A stretch of 64,000 nt of DNA from Candidatus Parcubacteria bacterium (GCA_009995365.1 JAACPR010000003.1:405-64404), one strand, 5' to 3'. Positions 1 to 9,604 are shown, numbered from the stretch's first letter. Notes: generated from the sequence alone by a model not told the origin. Numbers and translations: made by a program.

Positions 1-323
1 AGATCTTCTTCATGATGAAAAAAATGATATTTATTCATGCGAAGTTTGGATTCATCAGAGATCTCGTCCCAAAAGATTGTGTCACCGATAGCTTTGGTTT
101 TTACACCAGTATTCTGGTTGATCCAGCTGGAGAAATCTTTTCCGTCTGAAAAGACTTTCGCGTGGGCATCATATCCAGCAAAACTTTGCGCTTTGACCGG
201 AAAATCGGTTATTAGACACTCGCCATCATTTAAAGGGTTAAACCCTTTAACATCTCTCAAAAAAGCTTCTGCTTGAATTTGAGAAATGTGGGTTACTTCA
301 TTTTTTTTCATTGTTTTTGGCAT
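1..323 (-). CDS. Hypothetical protein, runs off the window (MPKTMKKNEVTHISQIQAEAFLRDVK...)
   Basis: Minus-strand frame is open from ATG at 323 to the window edge. It has an AAGGAGG SD upstream and a TTGACT..TATATT promoter-like motif near 395-420. Not in the ORF track. Confidence 0.65.
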   Translation of the reverse strand, partial: MPKTMKKNEVTHISQIQAEAFLRDVKGFNPLNDGECLITDFPVKAQSFAGYDAHAKVFSDGKDFSSWINQNTGVKTKAIGDTIFWDEISDESKLRMNKYHFFHHEED

Positions 324-469
324 TTTACCTCCTTATGGTTTATTGTTTTTGTTGTGTAGAAAGAACTTATCCTTAGAATTAAGGAAGTCAAGAATATAAC
401 ATAATTTGAAATAAAGTCAACCTTTTGCGTCGGACTTTAGATTTTATTTAGATTTTAGGTAAAAATGCT

Positions 470-1396
470 TTGATATTAAAAATGAAAAAAATATCTAAAA
501 TTTGCCTAGTTTCTCTGTTTGTATTTTTTGTTATTTCTACTTTTTTACTGATTCAAATTTTCTGGCACGAAAATCAGCAAAAGTTTCTAGAAATAGTTTT
601 TCTTGATGTTGGACAAGGTGATGCGATTTATATCGAAACACCAAATGGTTTTAAAACATTAATAGATACTGGCCCCAATTCGATGGTAGTTAGGTCCGTT
701 GCCAAGCACTTGCCATTTTATGATAAAAGTATTGATCTCTTATTGGTAACACATTCAGATTCAGATCATGTTGGCGGAGCAGTAGAAGTTTTAAAGCGAT
801 TTGAAATAAATTCTTTTGTTCAAAATTCTGTCGTTGATAATGATGCTCTTAATACAGAAATTCAGAAAATGATTGATGAAGAAAAAATTGATCAATATTT
901 TTTGAAATCAGGAGACAAAATAATCCTCGATCATGAAGAAGAAATTTATTTAGAAATTTTATGGCCTCCAGACGATCATGAAGAAAGTGATAATAATGAT
1001 AATTCAATAGTTGCGCGACTTGTTTATGGAGAAGTCCGCGTAATGCTAACCGGAGACGCTTCTCTAGAAATTGAAGAAAAAATAATTAACGCCTTGAAAA
1101 ATAAAAAATATTCCACCGAAAATGATTATTTACAATCAGATATTCTAAAAGCAGGACATCACGGATCAAAGACCTCGACTAGTTTGAATTTTTTGCAGGT
1201 AACTAATCCGGAATTTATTATTATTTCAGCAGGAAAAGATAATCGTTTCGGGCATCCTCATCAAGAAGTTTTGAATAATATAGAAGAATACAATAAAAAT
1301 AAGGAACAAGAAGAAAAAATAAAAACCCTAGAAACATCTGTTCTAGGGTCTATCCACTTTGAGAGTGATGGAGAATCAGTCTGGTTAGTTGATTAA
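470..1396 (+). CDS. ComEC/Rec2-like metallo-beta-lactamase domain protein
   Basis: Motifs FLDVGQGDA, THSDSDHVGG, LTGDA, GHHGSKTS and NRFGHPH, with an N-terminal TM segment. The start is probably ATG 482. Confidence 0.85.
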   Translation: MILKMKKISKICLVSLFVFFVISTFLLIQIFWHENQQKFLEIVFLDVGQGDAIYIETPNGFKTLIDTGPNSMVVRSVAKHLPFYDKSIDLLLVTHSDSDHVGGAVEVLKRFEINSFVQNSVVDNDALNTEIQKMIDEEKIDQYFLKSGDKIILDHEEEIYLEILWPPDDHEESDNNDNSIVARLVYGEVRVMLTGDASLEIEEKIINALKNKKYSTENDYLQSDILKAGHHGSKTSTSLNFLQVTNPEFIIISAGKDNRFGHPHQEVLNNIEEYNKNKEQEEKIKTLETSVLGSIHFESDGESVWLVD

Positions 1397-1413
1397 ATAA
1401 ACACTCAAAAGCC

Positions 1414-1659
1414 TTATTTTATAATTCCAGCTTTTTTAAGAGTTTTATAAGCACCATTTTTGTTAATTGTCTTGATTCCTTTTGTTGAAACATTTACTGT
1501 GACGTTTTTATTCATCTCAGGAACAAAAATAGTTTTCTTTTGGATATTTACCTGTCTTCTTTTTTTACCTCCAGGATTGAATTGAGTAGCACGCGTACGG
1601 TTTGAATATTGACCGCCGACTCGTGATTTCTTTCCTGTTATTGCGCATTCTTTTGCCAT
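1414..1659 (-). CDS. rpmB: 50S ribosomal protein L28
   Basis: MAKECAITGKK...RRQVNIQKK...VSTKGIKTI matches the L28 pattern. Confidence 0.85.
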   Translation of the reverse strand: MAKECAITGKKSRVGGQYSNRTRATQFNPGGKKRRQVNIQKKTIFVPEMNKNVTVNVSTKGIKTINKNGAYKTLKKAGIIK

Positions 1660-1854
1660 AATTTTGTTGTTCGACTATCATAGCAGAACATTTTTGTTTG
1701 TCAAAGCACCTAACAAATTTGGCAAAGCCCTCTCTCAAATTGGTTTCGGACTCTGTTTTATTTTTAAAGGAAGTCCTGCAAAGATTTTCGATAGGACTTT
1801 GCCAAATTTGTTAACTTGTTAATAAACAGAGAAAAGTTTAGAATAGACTAACTT

Positions 1855-2478
1855 ATGGAAACAGTAGTAATATTTTCAATAGCTATTTTAATAATGTCCG
1901 TCGTGATTCACGAGGTGGCCCACGGCTATGCCGCACTTTGGCTTGGAGATGTGACGGCAAAATATGCGGGGCGTCTGACGCTTAACCCGATAAAACATAT
2001 TGATCCGGTTGGTTCTATTATATTGCCTGTGGTCATGGCTCTTTTACCAGGGAATCTTATTTTTGGATGGGCAAAGCCGGTTCCTTATAATCCTTATAAT
2101 TTAAAAAACCAGAGGTGGGGGGAGTTAATTGTGGCTGCGGCCGGGCCCCTTTCTAATATTATTCTTGCTTTGATTTTTGGTATTTTAATTAGATTTTCTC
2201 CTGTTTTAGGATTACCACAATCTTTTGTAGAGATATCTGTTACAGTTGTTCTTATTAATCTTATATTAGCAATCTTTAATTTAATACCAGTTGCTCCGCT
2301 TGATGGTTCAAAGATACTTTATTCATTATTGCCAGAAGACAAGGCCAGAGCGTTTGCAGATTTCACACAAAGATATGGTATTTTTCTTTTGATATTTTTC
2401 ATTTTCGTCTTGTGGCAATTTATCATATATATAGTATTTTTCTTGGCACAATTAATAACAGGATTGCCAATATTTTAA
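1855..2478 (+). CDS. Site-2 protease (peptidase M50)
   Basis: HEVAH zinc motif, AAAGPLSN, FNLIPVAPLDG and multiple TM segments. Confidence 0.92.
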   Translation: METVVIFSIAILIMSVVIHEVAHGYAALWLGDVTAKYAGRLTLNPIKHIDPVGSIILPVVMALLPGNLIFGWAKPVPYNPYNLKNQRWGELIVAAAGPLSNIILALIFGILIRFSPVLGLPQSFVEISVTVVLINLILAIFNLIPVAPLDGSKILYSLLPEDKARAFADFTQRYGIFLLIFFIFVLWQFIIYIVFFLAQLITGLPIF

Positions 2479-2534
2479 TTTCTATCTAAAAACCTTGCAT
2501 TTTTAGAACAGTTCTGCTAAATTATCGTCTACTT

Positions 2535-2948
2535 ATGCCAACAATAAATCAATTGGTTAAAAAAGGAAGAAATAAGACAGCCCGCAAATCAAAAGCGGTG
2601 GCTTTGACTCGTGGTTTCAATTCTGAAAAGAACAAACCAACTTTTTATAATTCTCCATTCAAAAGAGGTGTTTGTACAAAAGTTACAACAAAGACTCCTA
2701 GAAAACCTAACTCAGCTGTTCGTAAAGTTGCTCGTGTTCGTTTAACTAACGGAATGGAGGTTACTGCTTATATTCCAGGTATGGGACATAACCTACAAGA
2801 GCACTCAGTTGTTCTTCTTCGTGGAGGTCGTGTAAAGGACGTTAACATTCGTTATACAATTGTTCGTGGTGTTCTAGATGCCGAAGGTGTACAAAACAGA
2901 AATAATTCTCGTTCACGATATGGTGCTAAAAAACCCAAAGGGGAATAA
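2535..2948 (+). CDS. rpsL: 30S ribosomal protein S12
   Basis: [24 protein letters not shown]; first gene of the str operon. Confidence 0.98.
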   Translation: MPTINQLVKKGRNKTARKSKAVALTRGFNSEKNKPTFYNSPFKRGVCTKVTTKTPRKPNSAVRKVARVRLTNGMEVTAYIPGMGHNLQEHSVVLLRGGRVKDVNIRYTIVRGVLDAEGVQNRNNSRSRYGAKKPKGE

Positions 2949-2974
2949 TATAGAGAGATAAATAATTTTAAATT

Positions 2975-3445
2975 ATGCGAAGACAAGTAAAAAATAGAAA
3001 TATTGCAAAAGCAGATGATAAATACAATTCAGTAAAAATTGGTAAGTTTATTAATCATTTAATGATGGACGGTAAAAAATCTGTTGCTATAAGAGTTGTT
3101 TATGACGCTTTTGAAATCATTAAGGAAAAAGAAAAAGTAGAAAACCCACTAGAAGTTTTTGAAACAGCTTTAAAAAATATCTCTCCAATGGTCGAAGTTC
3201 GTTCTCGTAGAGTTGGTGGTGCTAACTACCAAGTTCCTCGTGAAGTTCGTCCAGAGCGTCGTCTATATCTAGGTATGACATGGTTGTTAAATGCAGCTAG
3301 AAGCGGGAAAGGTAAACCAATGGCTAATAGATTAGCTGATGAGATTATCCTTGCATCTAAAGGTGAAGGTGAATCAGTCAAGAAGAAAGAAAATATGCAT
3401 AAAATGGCTGAGGCCAACAAAGCTTTCGCTCACTTCGCTTGGTAG
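2975..3445 (+). CDS. rpsG: 30S ribosomal protein S7
   Basis: RRVGGANYQVP and HKMAEANKAFAHF. Confidence 0.98.
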   Translation: MRRQVKNRNIAKADDKYNSVKIGKFINHLMMDGKKSVAIRVVYDAFEIIKEKEKVENPLEVFETALKNISPMVEVRSRRVGGANYQVPREVRPERRLYLGMTWLLNAARSGKGKPMANRLADEIILASKGEGESVKKKENMHKMAEANKAFAHFAW

Positions 3446-3472
3446 TGATATCGAATTACAATACATTTTTTT

Positions 3473-3503
3473 AAAAAAGCGACTAACCTAAGTCGTTTTT
3501 TTT
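3473..3503 (+). terminator. Intrinsic terminator after rpsG, abutting an extended -10 (TGtTATAAT, 3503-3511)
   Basis: aaaaaagcgact-aaccta-agtcgttttttt hairpin plus T-run. Confidence 0.7.
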
Positions 3504-3524
3504 GTTATAATTACACTTTATTTT

Positions 3525-4052
3525 ATGCGCAATAAAGCCTTCACTTTAATAGAATTACTCGTTGTAATTTCAATAGTTAGCCTTCTTTCTAGTGTGGTTA
3601 TTTCTGAATTAAATAAGAGTAGAAATGAAGCTAAGATGAAAGTTTCTTTGGAGAAAGTCAGAATTTTAAGAGATAACATAATAATTGCTCAAGGTAATAC
3701 AGGAAATACTCTTAGGCAGATTACTGGTTCAGGATGTAGTAGGTGTCACAGTAGTTGTAGTAATACTGATTTAAAAAATGTTTCAACAGAATGTTATTCT
3801 AGATGGGTTAATGCTGTGGATGATATTTTTAATGTTTCTGGGGAGATTTATAGGAGTAGCAAAGAATCTCTGTATAGAGATGCTTGGGGTAGTCCTTTTA
3901 TATTAGATGAAAATGAAGGAGAAGTATCAACTGCCTACTGTAGAAGGGATACTTTAAATATTGTAGGACCTGATGGAGTTTACAACACATCTGATGATAT
4001 TAGAATAAATTTACCATACACAGGATATGGTCAAAAAATTTGTGATAATTAA
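3525..4052 (+). CDS. Type IV pilin-like / prepilin N-methylation domain protein
   Basis: KAFTLIELLVVISIVSLLSSVV class III signal peptide, DAWGSPF and Cys pairs. Confidence 0.85.
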   Translation: MRNKAFTLIELLVVISIVSLLSSVVISELNKSRNEAKMKVSLEKVRILRDNIIIAQGNTGNTLRQITGSGCSRCHSSCSNTDLKNVSTECYSRWVNAVDDIFNVSGEIYRSSKESLYRDAWGSPFILDENEGEVSTAYCRRDTLNIVGPDGVYNTSDDIRINLPYTGYGQKICDN

Positions 4053-4201
4053 TTGAAAAATTTATATAGATCTTGCACAGTGTGGTCTTTTAATGTAATC
4101 TTTCCTCTAAGCGAGGATTTCTCAAGGATTTTCCCTTTGCTTTTATTATTACAAAGTCGACTGGAATAGTCGAAATTTAAATTTAATTAAAAATATATAT
4201 T

Positions 4202-6346
4202 ATGAATCGTGATTATCCACTAAATAAAGTTAGAAACTTCGGTATTATTGCCCACATTGATGCCGGAAAAACTACAACATCAGAAAGAATTCTTTTCTAT
4301 ACCGGTGTATCTCACAAAATCGGGGAAGTTCATGAAGGTGCTGCAGTTATGGACTGGATGGAACAAGAAAGAGAAAGAGGTATTACTATTACTTCTGCTG
4401 CTACAACAGCTTTTTGGGTTCCAACATACGAAGATGCAACTGATGAATCTAAAAAAAATCGTTTTAATATTATTGACACACCAGGACACGTTGACTTTAC
4501 AGCTGAAGTAGAACGTTCTCTAAAAGTTCTAGACGGTGGTGTTGTTGTGTTTGACGGTGTTGCTGGAGTTGAACCACAATCAGAAACAGTTTGGAGACAA
4601 GCTGATAAATATGGTGTTCCAAGAATTTGTTTTATTAACAAACTTGATAGAACTGGAGCTAGCTTTGAGAAATCATTCCAATCTATTATCAAAAGATTAA
4701 GTCCTAATGCTGTTCGTGCCCAACTACCATGGGGACATGAAGCAGATCTAAAAGGAGTTATTGATCTTCTTACAATGAAAGCTTACACATTTGAAGGTGA
4801 AATGGGTAATAAAGTAATTGAACAAGAAATTCCAGAAGAATTAAAAGCGGATGCTGAAAAATATCGTAGTGAATTTATTGAAAAAATCGTTGAACAAGAC
4901 GATGAATTGATGGAAAAATTCTTAGGTGGAGAAGAAATTGCTTTGGATAAACTAAAAGCAGCACTTAGAAAAGGTGTTATTGCTAATCAAATCATTCCAG
5001 TATTTACAGGTTCAGCACTTAAAAACGTCGGAGTTCAAAAAGTTCTAGATGCCGTTGTAGATTACCTACCAGCTCCAGACGATGTTCCCCCAATTAAAGG
5101 AGAAAATCCAGATACAGCAGAACCAATGGAAAGAAAATCATCAGATGATGAGCCATTTGCTGCTCTTGCTTTCAAATTACAGACTGACCCATTCGTAGGA
5201 CAGCTTACTTTCTTCCGTGTTTATTCGGGAACAGTATCAGCAGGTTCTTATGTATATAATTCATCAACAGGAAAAAAAGAAAGACTTGGTCGTATCGTTA
5301 GAATGCATGCAAACGATAGAGAAGAAGTGGATACAGTTTATGCTGGAGAAATCGCAGCTGCTGTAGGTCTAAAAGAAACTACAACTTCTGACACGCTTTG
5401 TGATGAAAATAATCCAATTATTCTAGAAAAAATTGAGTTCGCAGAACCAGTTATTTCTATGAGGATTGAGCCAAAGACAAAGGCTGATCAAGAAAAAATG
5501 GGTATGGCTCTTAGTCGTCTTTCATCAGAAGACCCAACTTTCCGTGTTCAAACTGATCAAGAAACTTTGGAAACTGTTATTTCAGGTATGGGTGAGCTTC
5601 ACCTTGATATTATTGTTGATCGTATGAAAAGAGAATTTAATGTCGAAGCAAATGTTGGTAAACCACAAGTTGCTTATCGTGAAACTATTCAAGGAAATGG
5701 TGAAGCAGAACATAAATACATCAAACAATCCGGAGGTAAAGGTCAATACGGTCATGTTAAGATTCGTGTTAAACCAATGGATATGACTGTTAACGCAGAA
5801 GAGCTTCCAAAGAATATTAAAAGAGATGGAGGATTTGAATTTGTTAACTCAATCAAAGGTGGTGTTATTCCAAACGAATTCATTCCAGCCTGTGAAAAAG
5901 GATTTAAAGAAGCTATGGAGCGCGGTATCGTTGCAGGATACAAGATGACAGATGTTTCAGTAGAGCTATACGATGGTTCTTACCATGATGTTGACTCTTC
6001 AGAAATTGCTTTCAAACTTGCGTCTTCAATGGCTTTCCAAGAAGCTGCTAGATCAGCTAGACCAGTTCTACTAGAACCTATTATGAAAGTAGAAGTTACT
6101 TCACCAGAGGAATTTACTGGAGATATTACAGGTAACCTTTCATCAAAGCGTGGACAAGTAGAAGGTATGGATGATCAAGGAAACGGAATCACTGTTATTC
6201 ACTCAAAAGTTCCTTTGTCAGAATTGTTCGGTTACACAACAACTCTTCGTTCTATGACACAAGGTCGTGCTTCAGCAACTATCGAACCGGATCATTATGA
6301 TGTTGTTCCAGCTAATGTTGCCGAAGAAATTAAAGCAGGGAAGTAA
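4202..6346 (+). CDS. fusA: Elongation factor G
   Basis: [26 protein letters not shown]; 714 aa. Confidence 0.99.
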   Translation: MNRDYPLNKVRNFGIIAHIDAGKTTTSERILFYTGVSHKIGEVHEGAAVMDWMEQERERGITITSAATTAFWVPTYEDATDESKKNRFNIIDTPGHVDFTAEVERSLKVLDGGVVVFDGVAGVEPQSETVWRQADKYGVPRICFINKLDRTGASFEKSFQSIIKRLSPNAVRAQLPWGHEADLKGVIDLLTMKAYTFEGEMGNKVIEQEIPEELKADAEKYRSEFIEKIVEQDDELMEKFLGGEEIALDKLKAALRKGVIANQIIPVFTGSALKNVGVQKVLDAVVDYLPAPDDVPPIKGENPDTAEPMERKSSDDEPFAALAFKLQTDPFVGQLTFFRVYSGTVSAGSYVYNSSTGKKERLGRIVRMHANDREEVDTVYAGEIAAAVGLKETTTSDTLCDENNPIILEKIEFAEPVISMRIEPKTKADQEKMGMALSRLSSEDPTFRVQTDQETLETVISGMGELHLDIIVDRMKREFNVEANVGKPQVAYRETIQGNGEAEHKYIKQSGGKGQYGHVKIRVKPMDMTVNAEELPKNIKRDGGFEFVNSIKGGVIPNEFIPACEKGFKEAMERGIVAGYKMTDVSVELYDGSYHDVDSSEIAFKLASSMAFQEAARSARPVLLEPIMKVEVTSPEEFTGDITGNLSSKRGQVEGMDDQGNGITVIHSKVPLSELFGYTTTLRSMTQGRASATIEPDHYDVVPANVAEEIKAGK

Positions 6347-6350
6347 GCAC

Positions 6351-6496
6351 ACCACCAACATTAACTTATAGAAAACACGAATCAGCGACCTACTCGGGTC
6401 GCTGTTCTCGTCTCGGACGAACTCTTAATTTTATCGACATAGTAGTTCGACCCGTTCGTCCTGTGACGGGTTTTCTATAAGTTAATGTTTAGTGGT
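6351..6496. repeat. Long nested inverted-repeat element after fusA
   Basis: A 20-bp perfect outer stem (aacattaacttatagaaaac/gttttctataagttaatgtt) encloses the hairpins cagcgacc/ggtcgctg and ggacgaac/gttcgtcc. Confidence 0.75.
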
Positions 6497-6536
6497 TTAT
6501 TAAAGTTTTACAAGAAAATACTCAATCCAAAAAAGC

Positions 6537-6564
6537 TTGACAAAAGTTGTGAATATGTTATACT
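6537..6564 (+). promoter_or_regulatory. Sigma70-type promoter for the DGR target gene
   Basis: TTGACA-16 nt-TATACT with an extended TG. Confidence 0.75.
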
Positions 6565-6755
6565 ATAAATATAAGTTCATTAAGAAACAAATACTTGCGA
6601 AATTGTATTTATTCAATTAGTCACAGTTTCAGGTAGCTATATTTAATTATTAACAAACAACTAGCTATCTAAAACTGTGACTAATAAAGTCCAGTATTCT
6701 AATTTAATAGATTAGAATCCACACTAAACTAATAGTTATAGAAAAGGACAATAAA

Positions 6756-7349
6756 ATGCAAAATAAATACAAAGACATCTCGTTCGGCACAGCTGAAGCA
6801 GTTTTCAACAAGTTGGGCGGTAAAGAAGGGATTGAAAAATTCCTTCGTGACGAAACCAAGGTTGTTGAGGTTGAAGTTACTGAATTCCCAGAATTCATGA
6901 CAATCAAGATCGGCACCCACGATTCGGTCGACGAACTCCGCCAGTCCCTCAAAGACAAAGGAAATCGTATCTCCAGTTACGGAAACGATATCCTTGGTAA
7001 GATCGCCCTCGCCGAAACCGAGACGGAAGTTACGCTGCACTCTGCGACGGTCAAGGAATTGACCGGCAAAGATGTTGCCAGCAATCGCGAAATCAACGAA
7101 GCAATCCGCTCGAAGGGTTACGATCTCTGCCCCGCAGAGGTGGGACCGCAACTTCGGTTGCAGTACTCTGACCAACCTTCTGGCGAATACCTACGTGTTG
7201 CGATGGAGCCAATCGCCGATTCCGACGGCGACCTCTTCATCTTCGACGTCAATCACGCCTACGATGATCGTTGGCTCGATAGCGACGGCGGGCACCCTGA
7301 CGATCGGTGGAACGGTGGCTATCGTTTCGTCTTCGTTTCTCGCAAGTAG
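6756..7349 (+). CDS. DGR target protein with C-terminal variable region (CLec-like fold expected)
   Basis: The 3' 131 nt match the TR except at TR adenines. Motif LCPAEVGPQLRLQY...RFVFVSRK. GC content is visibly higher than the host genes. Confidence 0.92.
   Translation: MQNKYKDISFGTAEAVFNKLGGKEGIEKFLRDETKVVEVEVTEFPEFMTIKIGTHDSVDELRQSLKDKGNRISSYGNDILGKIALAETETEVTLHSATVKELTGKDVASNREINEAIRSKGYDLCPAEVGPQLRLQYSDQPSGEYLRVAMEPIADSDGDLFIFDVNHAYDDRWLDSDGGHPDDRWNGGYRFVFVSRK
7216..7346 (+). repeat. DGR variable repeat (VR)
   Basis: Ungapped match to 7713-7843 with 15 mismatches, every one opposite an A in the TR. Confidence 0.97.
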
Positions 7350-7360
7350 CTTAGTGCTTT

Positions 7361-7440
7361 GGACTTGGTCACTCTGACCTAGTCCTTAGATACTTAGACC
7401 TTAGTCCCGCCCAATCGTTAGATTGGTGCGGGGCTTTTTT
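7361..7440 (+). promoter_or_regulatory. Post-VR hairpins (candidate DGR target-recognition stem-loop plus terminator)
   Basis: ggacttggtca-ctc-tgacctagtcc (7361-7385) and cccgc-ccaatc-GTTA-gattgg-t-gcggg followed by a T-run. Confidence 0.65.
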
Positions 7441-7712
7441 TATTGTATAAAAATTTGTTAAAATATTTTTTGGTATTAGGTGAATATCAGTATATGATCA
7501 TGGTTGTATACCACTGAATCCAGCAATATGATAAATCGAGAATGTTTGCGACTACGGTTTCAAACAGAGTGGTTTATTTGAGCTTTTAAAAAAATAAAAA
7601 TACTTGGTGTGAGGTGTTATTGTATTTAAGATACAGAATTCGATACAACTTGTAGATAATAAATTTGATTATCGATAGGTAGTGGTATGGACGACGCTTC
7701 ATACAGAACGAA

Positions 7713-7843
7713 CCGATTCCGACGGCAACCTCAACATCTTCAACGTCAATCACGACAACGATGATCGTTGGCTCAATAGCAACAACGGGCACCCTGACAA
7801 TCAGTGGAACGGTGACAATCGTTTCGTCTTCGTTTCTCGCAAA
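7713..7843 (+). ncRNA. DGR template repeat (TR)
   Basis: A-rich copy of the VR with 11 AAC/AAT codons in the target's frame. It diverges from the VR right after ...tctcgcaa. Confidence 0.95.
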
Positions 7844-7848
7844 TCTTT

Positions 7849-8208
7849 TTATTTCTCTCCCGATTTATTGTTGGGAGAGTTTTGTTTTGTCAGTTGTCCA
7901 TTCCAGCCACCTAACATTTTTCCAATCTCTTCGATTTTTAGAGACAAAGCAATATACTTTTTATGATTTAAACTTTTGCTCTCCCATAAAATCATTAAAA
8001 GTATTTTGAGAGTGTCTATTTTTCTAATTCCAACACGAACATAAGGTTGTTTTTCTTTGGGACTTAAAAAACATGCTTGAGCAATCATTTCAATGCTTTC
8101 AATAAATAGTTTATCGATTTTTATACCTAGAGAATGACGATGTAGTTTTGGAATAGCTTGATAATAACTAAACCAGAGTAAATATAATTCTTTTAGTTTT
8201 TGAAGCAC
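7849..8208 (-). CDS. avd: DGR accessory variability determinant Avd (four-helix bundle); 5' end possibly frameshifted at a C10 tract
   Basis: IPKLHRHSLG..ID and EEIGKMLGGW signatures; lies between TR and RT, on the opposite strand. Confidence 0.85.
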   Translation of the reverse strand: MLQKLKELYLLWFSYYQAIPKLHRHSLGIKIDKLFIESIEMIAQACFLSPKEKQPYVRVGIRKIDTLKILLMILWESKSLNHKKYIALSLKIEEIGKMLGGWNGQLTKQNSPNNKSGEK

Positions 8209-8219
8209 TGGTAAAAGCT

Positions 8220-9269
8220 TTGCGGGGGGGGGGTAGACTGTTTATAGTGAGAAAAATTTTTAGACATGAATACAATGATATCATTTCTGTTGAGAATTTG
8301 TTATTAGCTTGGCAAGAATTTATTAGAGGGAAGAAAAATAGGAAAGATGTTCAAGAATTTCAATTATATCTGATGAAAAATATTTTTGAATTACATTTTG
8401 ATTTAAAAAATAAAACTTACCAACATTCGAAATATCAAAAATTCAATATTAGTGATCCAAAGCCAAGAGAAATTAATAAAGCATCTGTTAGAGATAGATT
8501 ACTTCATCATGCTATTTATCAAAAACTTTATCCATTTTTTGATAAGAAGTTTATTGGTGATTCTTATTCTTGTAGGAATGGAAAAGGAACGCATAAAGCC
8601 ATTAATCAATTTGAGAAATTTTATAGAAAAGTTTCTAAAAATCACACTAAAACTTGTTGGGTTTTAAAATGTGATATTAAAAAATTCTTTGCCAGTATTA
8701 ACCATCAGATTTTAAAGGATGTTTTAATTAAATATATTTCTGATAAAGATATTTTAAATTTATTGTCAGTGATAATTGATAGTTTTGAAACTAATAAACA
8801 TTTAATAGTTGGCAAAAATTCAAAAACTGGTCTTCCACTCGGAAATTTAACCTCTCAATTATTGGTTAATATTTACATGAATGAATTTGATCATTTTGTT
8901 AAAGGAAATTTGAAAATAAAATATTATGTTCGTTATGCTGATGATTTTGTTTTTCTATCTACAGACAAAAAATTTTTAGAAAAACTTATTCCTAAAATTG
9001 GATATTTTTTAGAAACTAATTTAAAATTAACTCTACACCCTAACAAAGTTTCAATCAAAAATTATTCATCAGGTGTCGATTTTCTTGGCTGGGTTCATTT
9101 TGATGATCATAAAATACTAAGAACTAATACTAAAAATCGGATGTTTAAGAAATTACAATTTCAGTTAGAAAAATTTGGAGAAATTAACGAAGATTCGAGA
9201 CAGTCTTATTTGGGATTATTGTCGCATGGTAATACTTATAAAATTCAACAAGAAATAAGAGGAAAATAA
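8220..9269 (+). CDS. DGR reverse transcriptase
   Basis: RDRLLHHA, SYSCRNGKGTH, LKCDIKKFF, GLPLGNLTSQ (the DGR SQ motif), RYADD and DFLG. The start may be GTG 8247. Confidence 0.95.
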   Translation: MRGGGRLFIVRKIFRHEYNDIISVENLLLAWQEFIRGKKNRKDVQEFQLYLMKNIFELHFDLKNKTYQHSKYQKFNISDPKPREINKASVRDRLLHHAIYQKLYPFFDKKFIGDSYSCRNGKGTHKAINQFEKFYRKVSKNHTKTCWVLKCDIKKFFASINHQILKDVLIKYISDKDILNLLSVIIDSFETNKHLIVGKNSKTGLPLGNLTSQLLVNIYMNEFDHFVKGNLKIKYYVRYADDFVFLSTDKKFLEKLIPKIGYFLETNLKLTLHPNKVSIKNYSSGVDFLGWVHFDDHKILRTNTKNRMFKKLQFQLEKFGEINEDSRQSYLGLLSHGNTYKIQQEIRGK

Positions 9270-9324
9270 AATCTTTCTAAAATAATAGTTTGACTAAAGT
9301 AATACAATGTATATACTTTGTATT

Positions 9325-9597
9325 ATGAAAACAACAACCAGTATAAAACTAGATAAAGAGGTCAAAGAACAGGCTTCTGATTTAGCCAAGGAACTTGGAC
9401 TTTCTCTGAGTGGTGTTATTAATGCTACTCTAAAACAGTTTGTTAATGACAGGAGTGTTTTTCTGACTACTACCCCTCAATTCAATGAAAAAGCCGCCAA
9501 ACGAATGCTAAAATTAATGGATGATGCTAAAAAAGGTAAAAATCTATGTGGTCCTTTTAAAACAGATGAAGAATTATTTAAAGCATTAGAAATTTAA
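9325..9597 (+). CDS. RelB/DinJ-family antitoxin
   Basis: RHH-like TSIKLDKEVKEQA..LAKELGLSLS and C-terminal GPFKTDEELFKAL. An inverted repeat aatacaa/ttgtatt at 9301-9324 overlaps the promoter. Confidence 0.8.
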   Translation: MKTTTSIKLDKEVKEQASDLAKELGLSLSGVINATLKQFVNDRSVFLTTTPQFNEKAAKRMLKLMDDAKKGKNLCGPFKTDEELFKALEI

Positions 9598-9604
9598 TTT
9601 TATT

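Noticed and set aside
37-276. 79-aa plus-strand ORF
   Set aside because: The minus-strand frame has the SD and promoter and is open throughout.
6704-7377. ORFs 6704-6958, 6729-7175 and 7072-7377 overlapping the DGR target
   Set aside because: Shadow frames of a GC-richer gene with no recognisable motifs.
7586-8009. ORFs 7586-7792, 7682-7966 and 7761-8009
   Set aside because: They are by-products of the TR, which is a copy of coding sequence, and of the avd antisense strand.
8220-9269. RT as a group II intron or retron RT
   Set aside because: It is short, has no maturase/endonuclease region or retron VTG motif, and comes with an SQ motif, a TR/VR pair and Avd.
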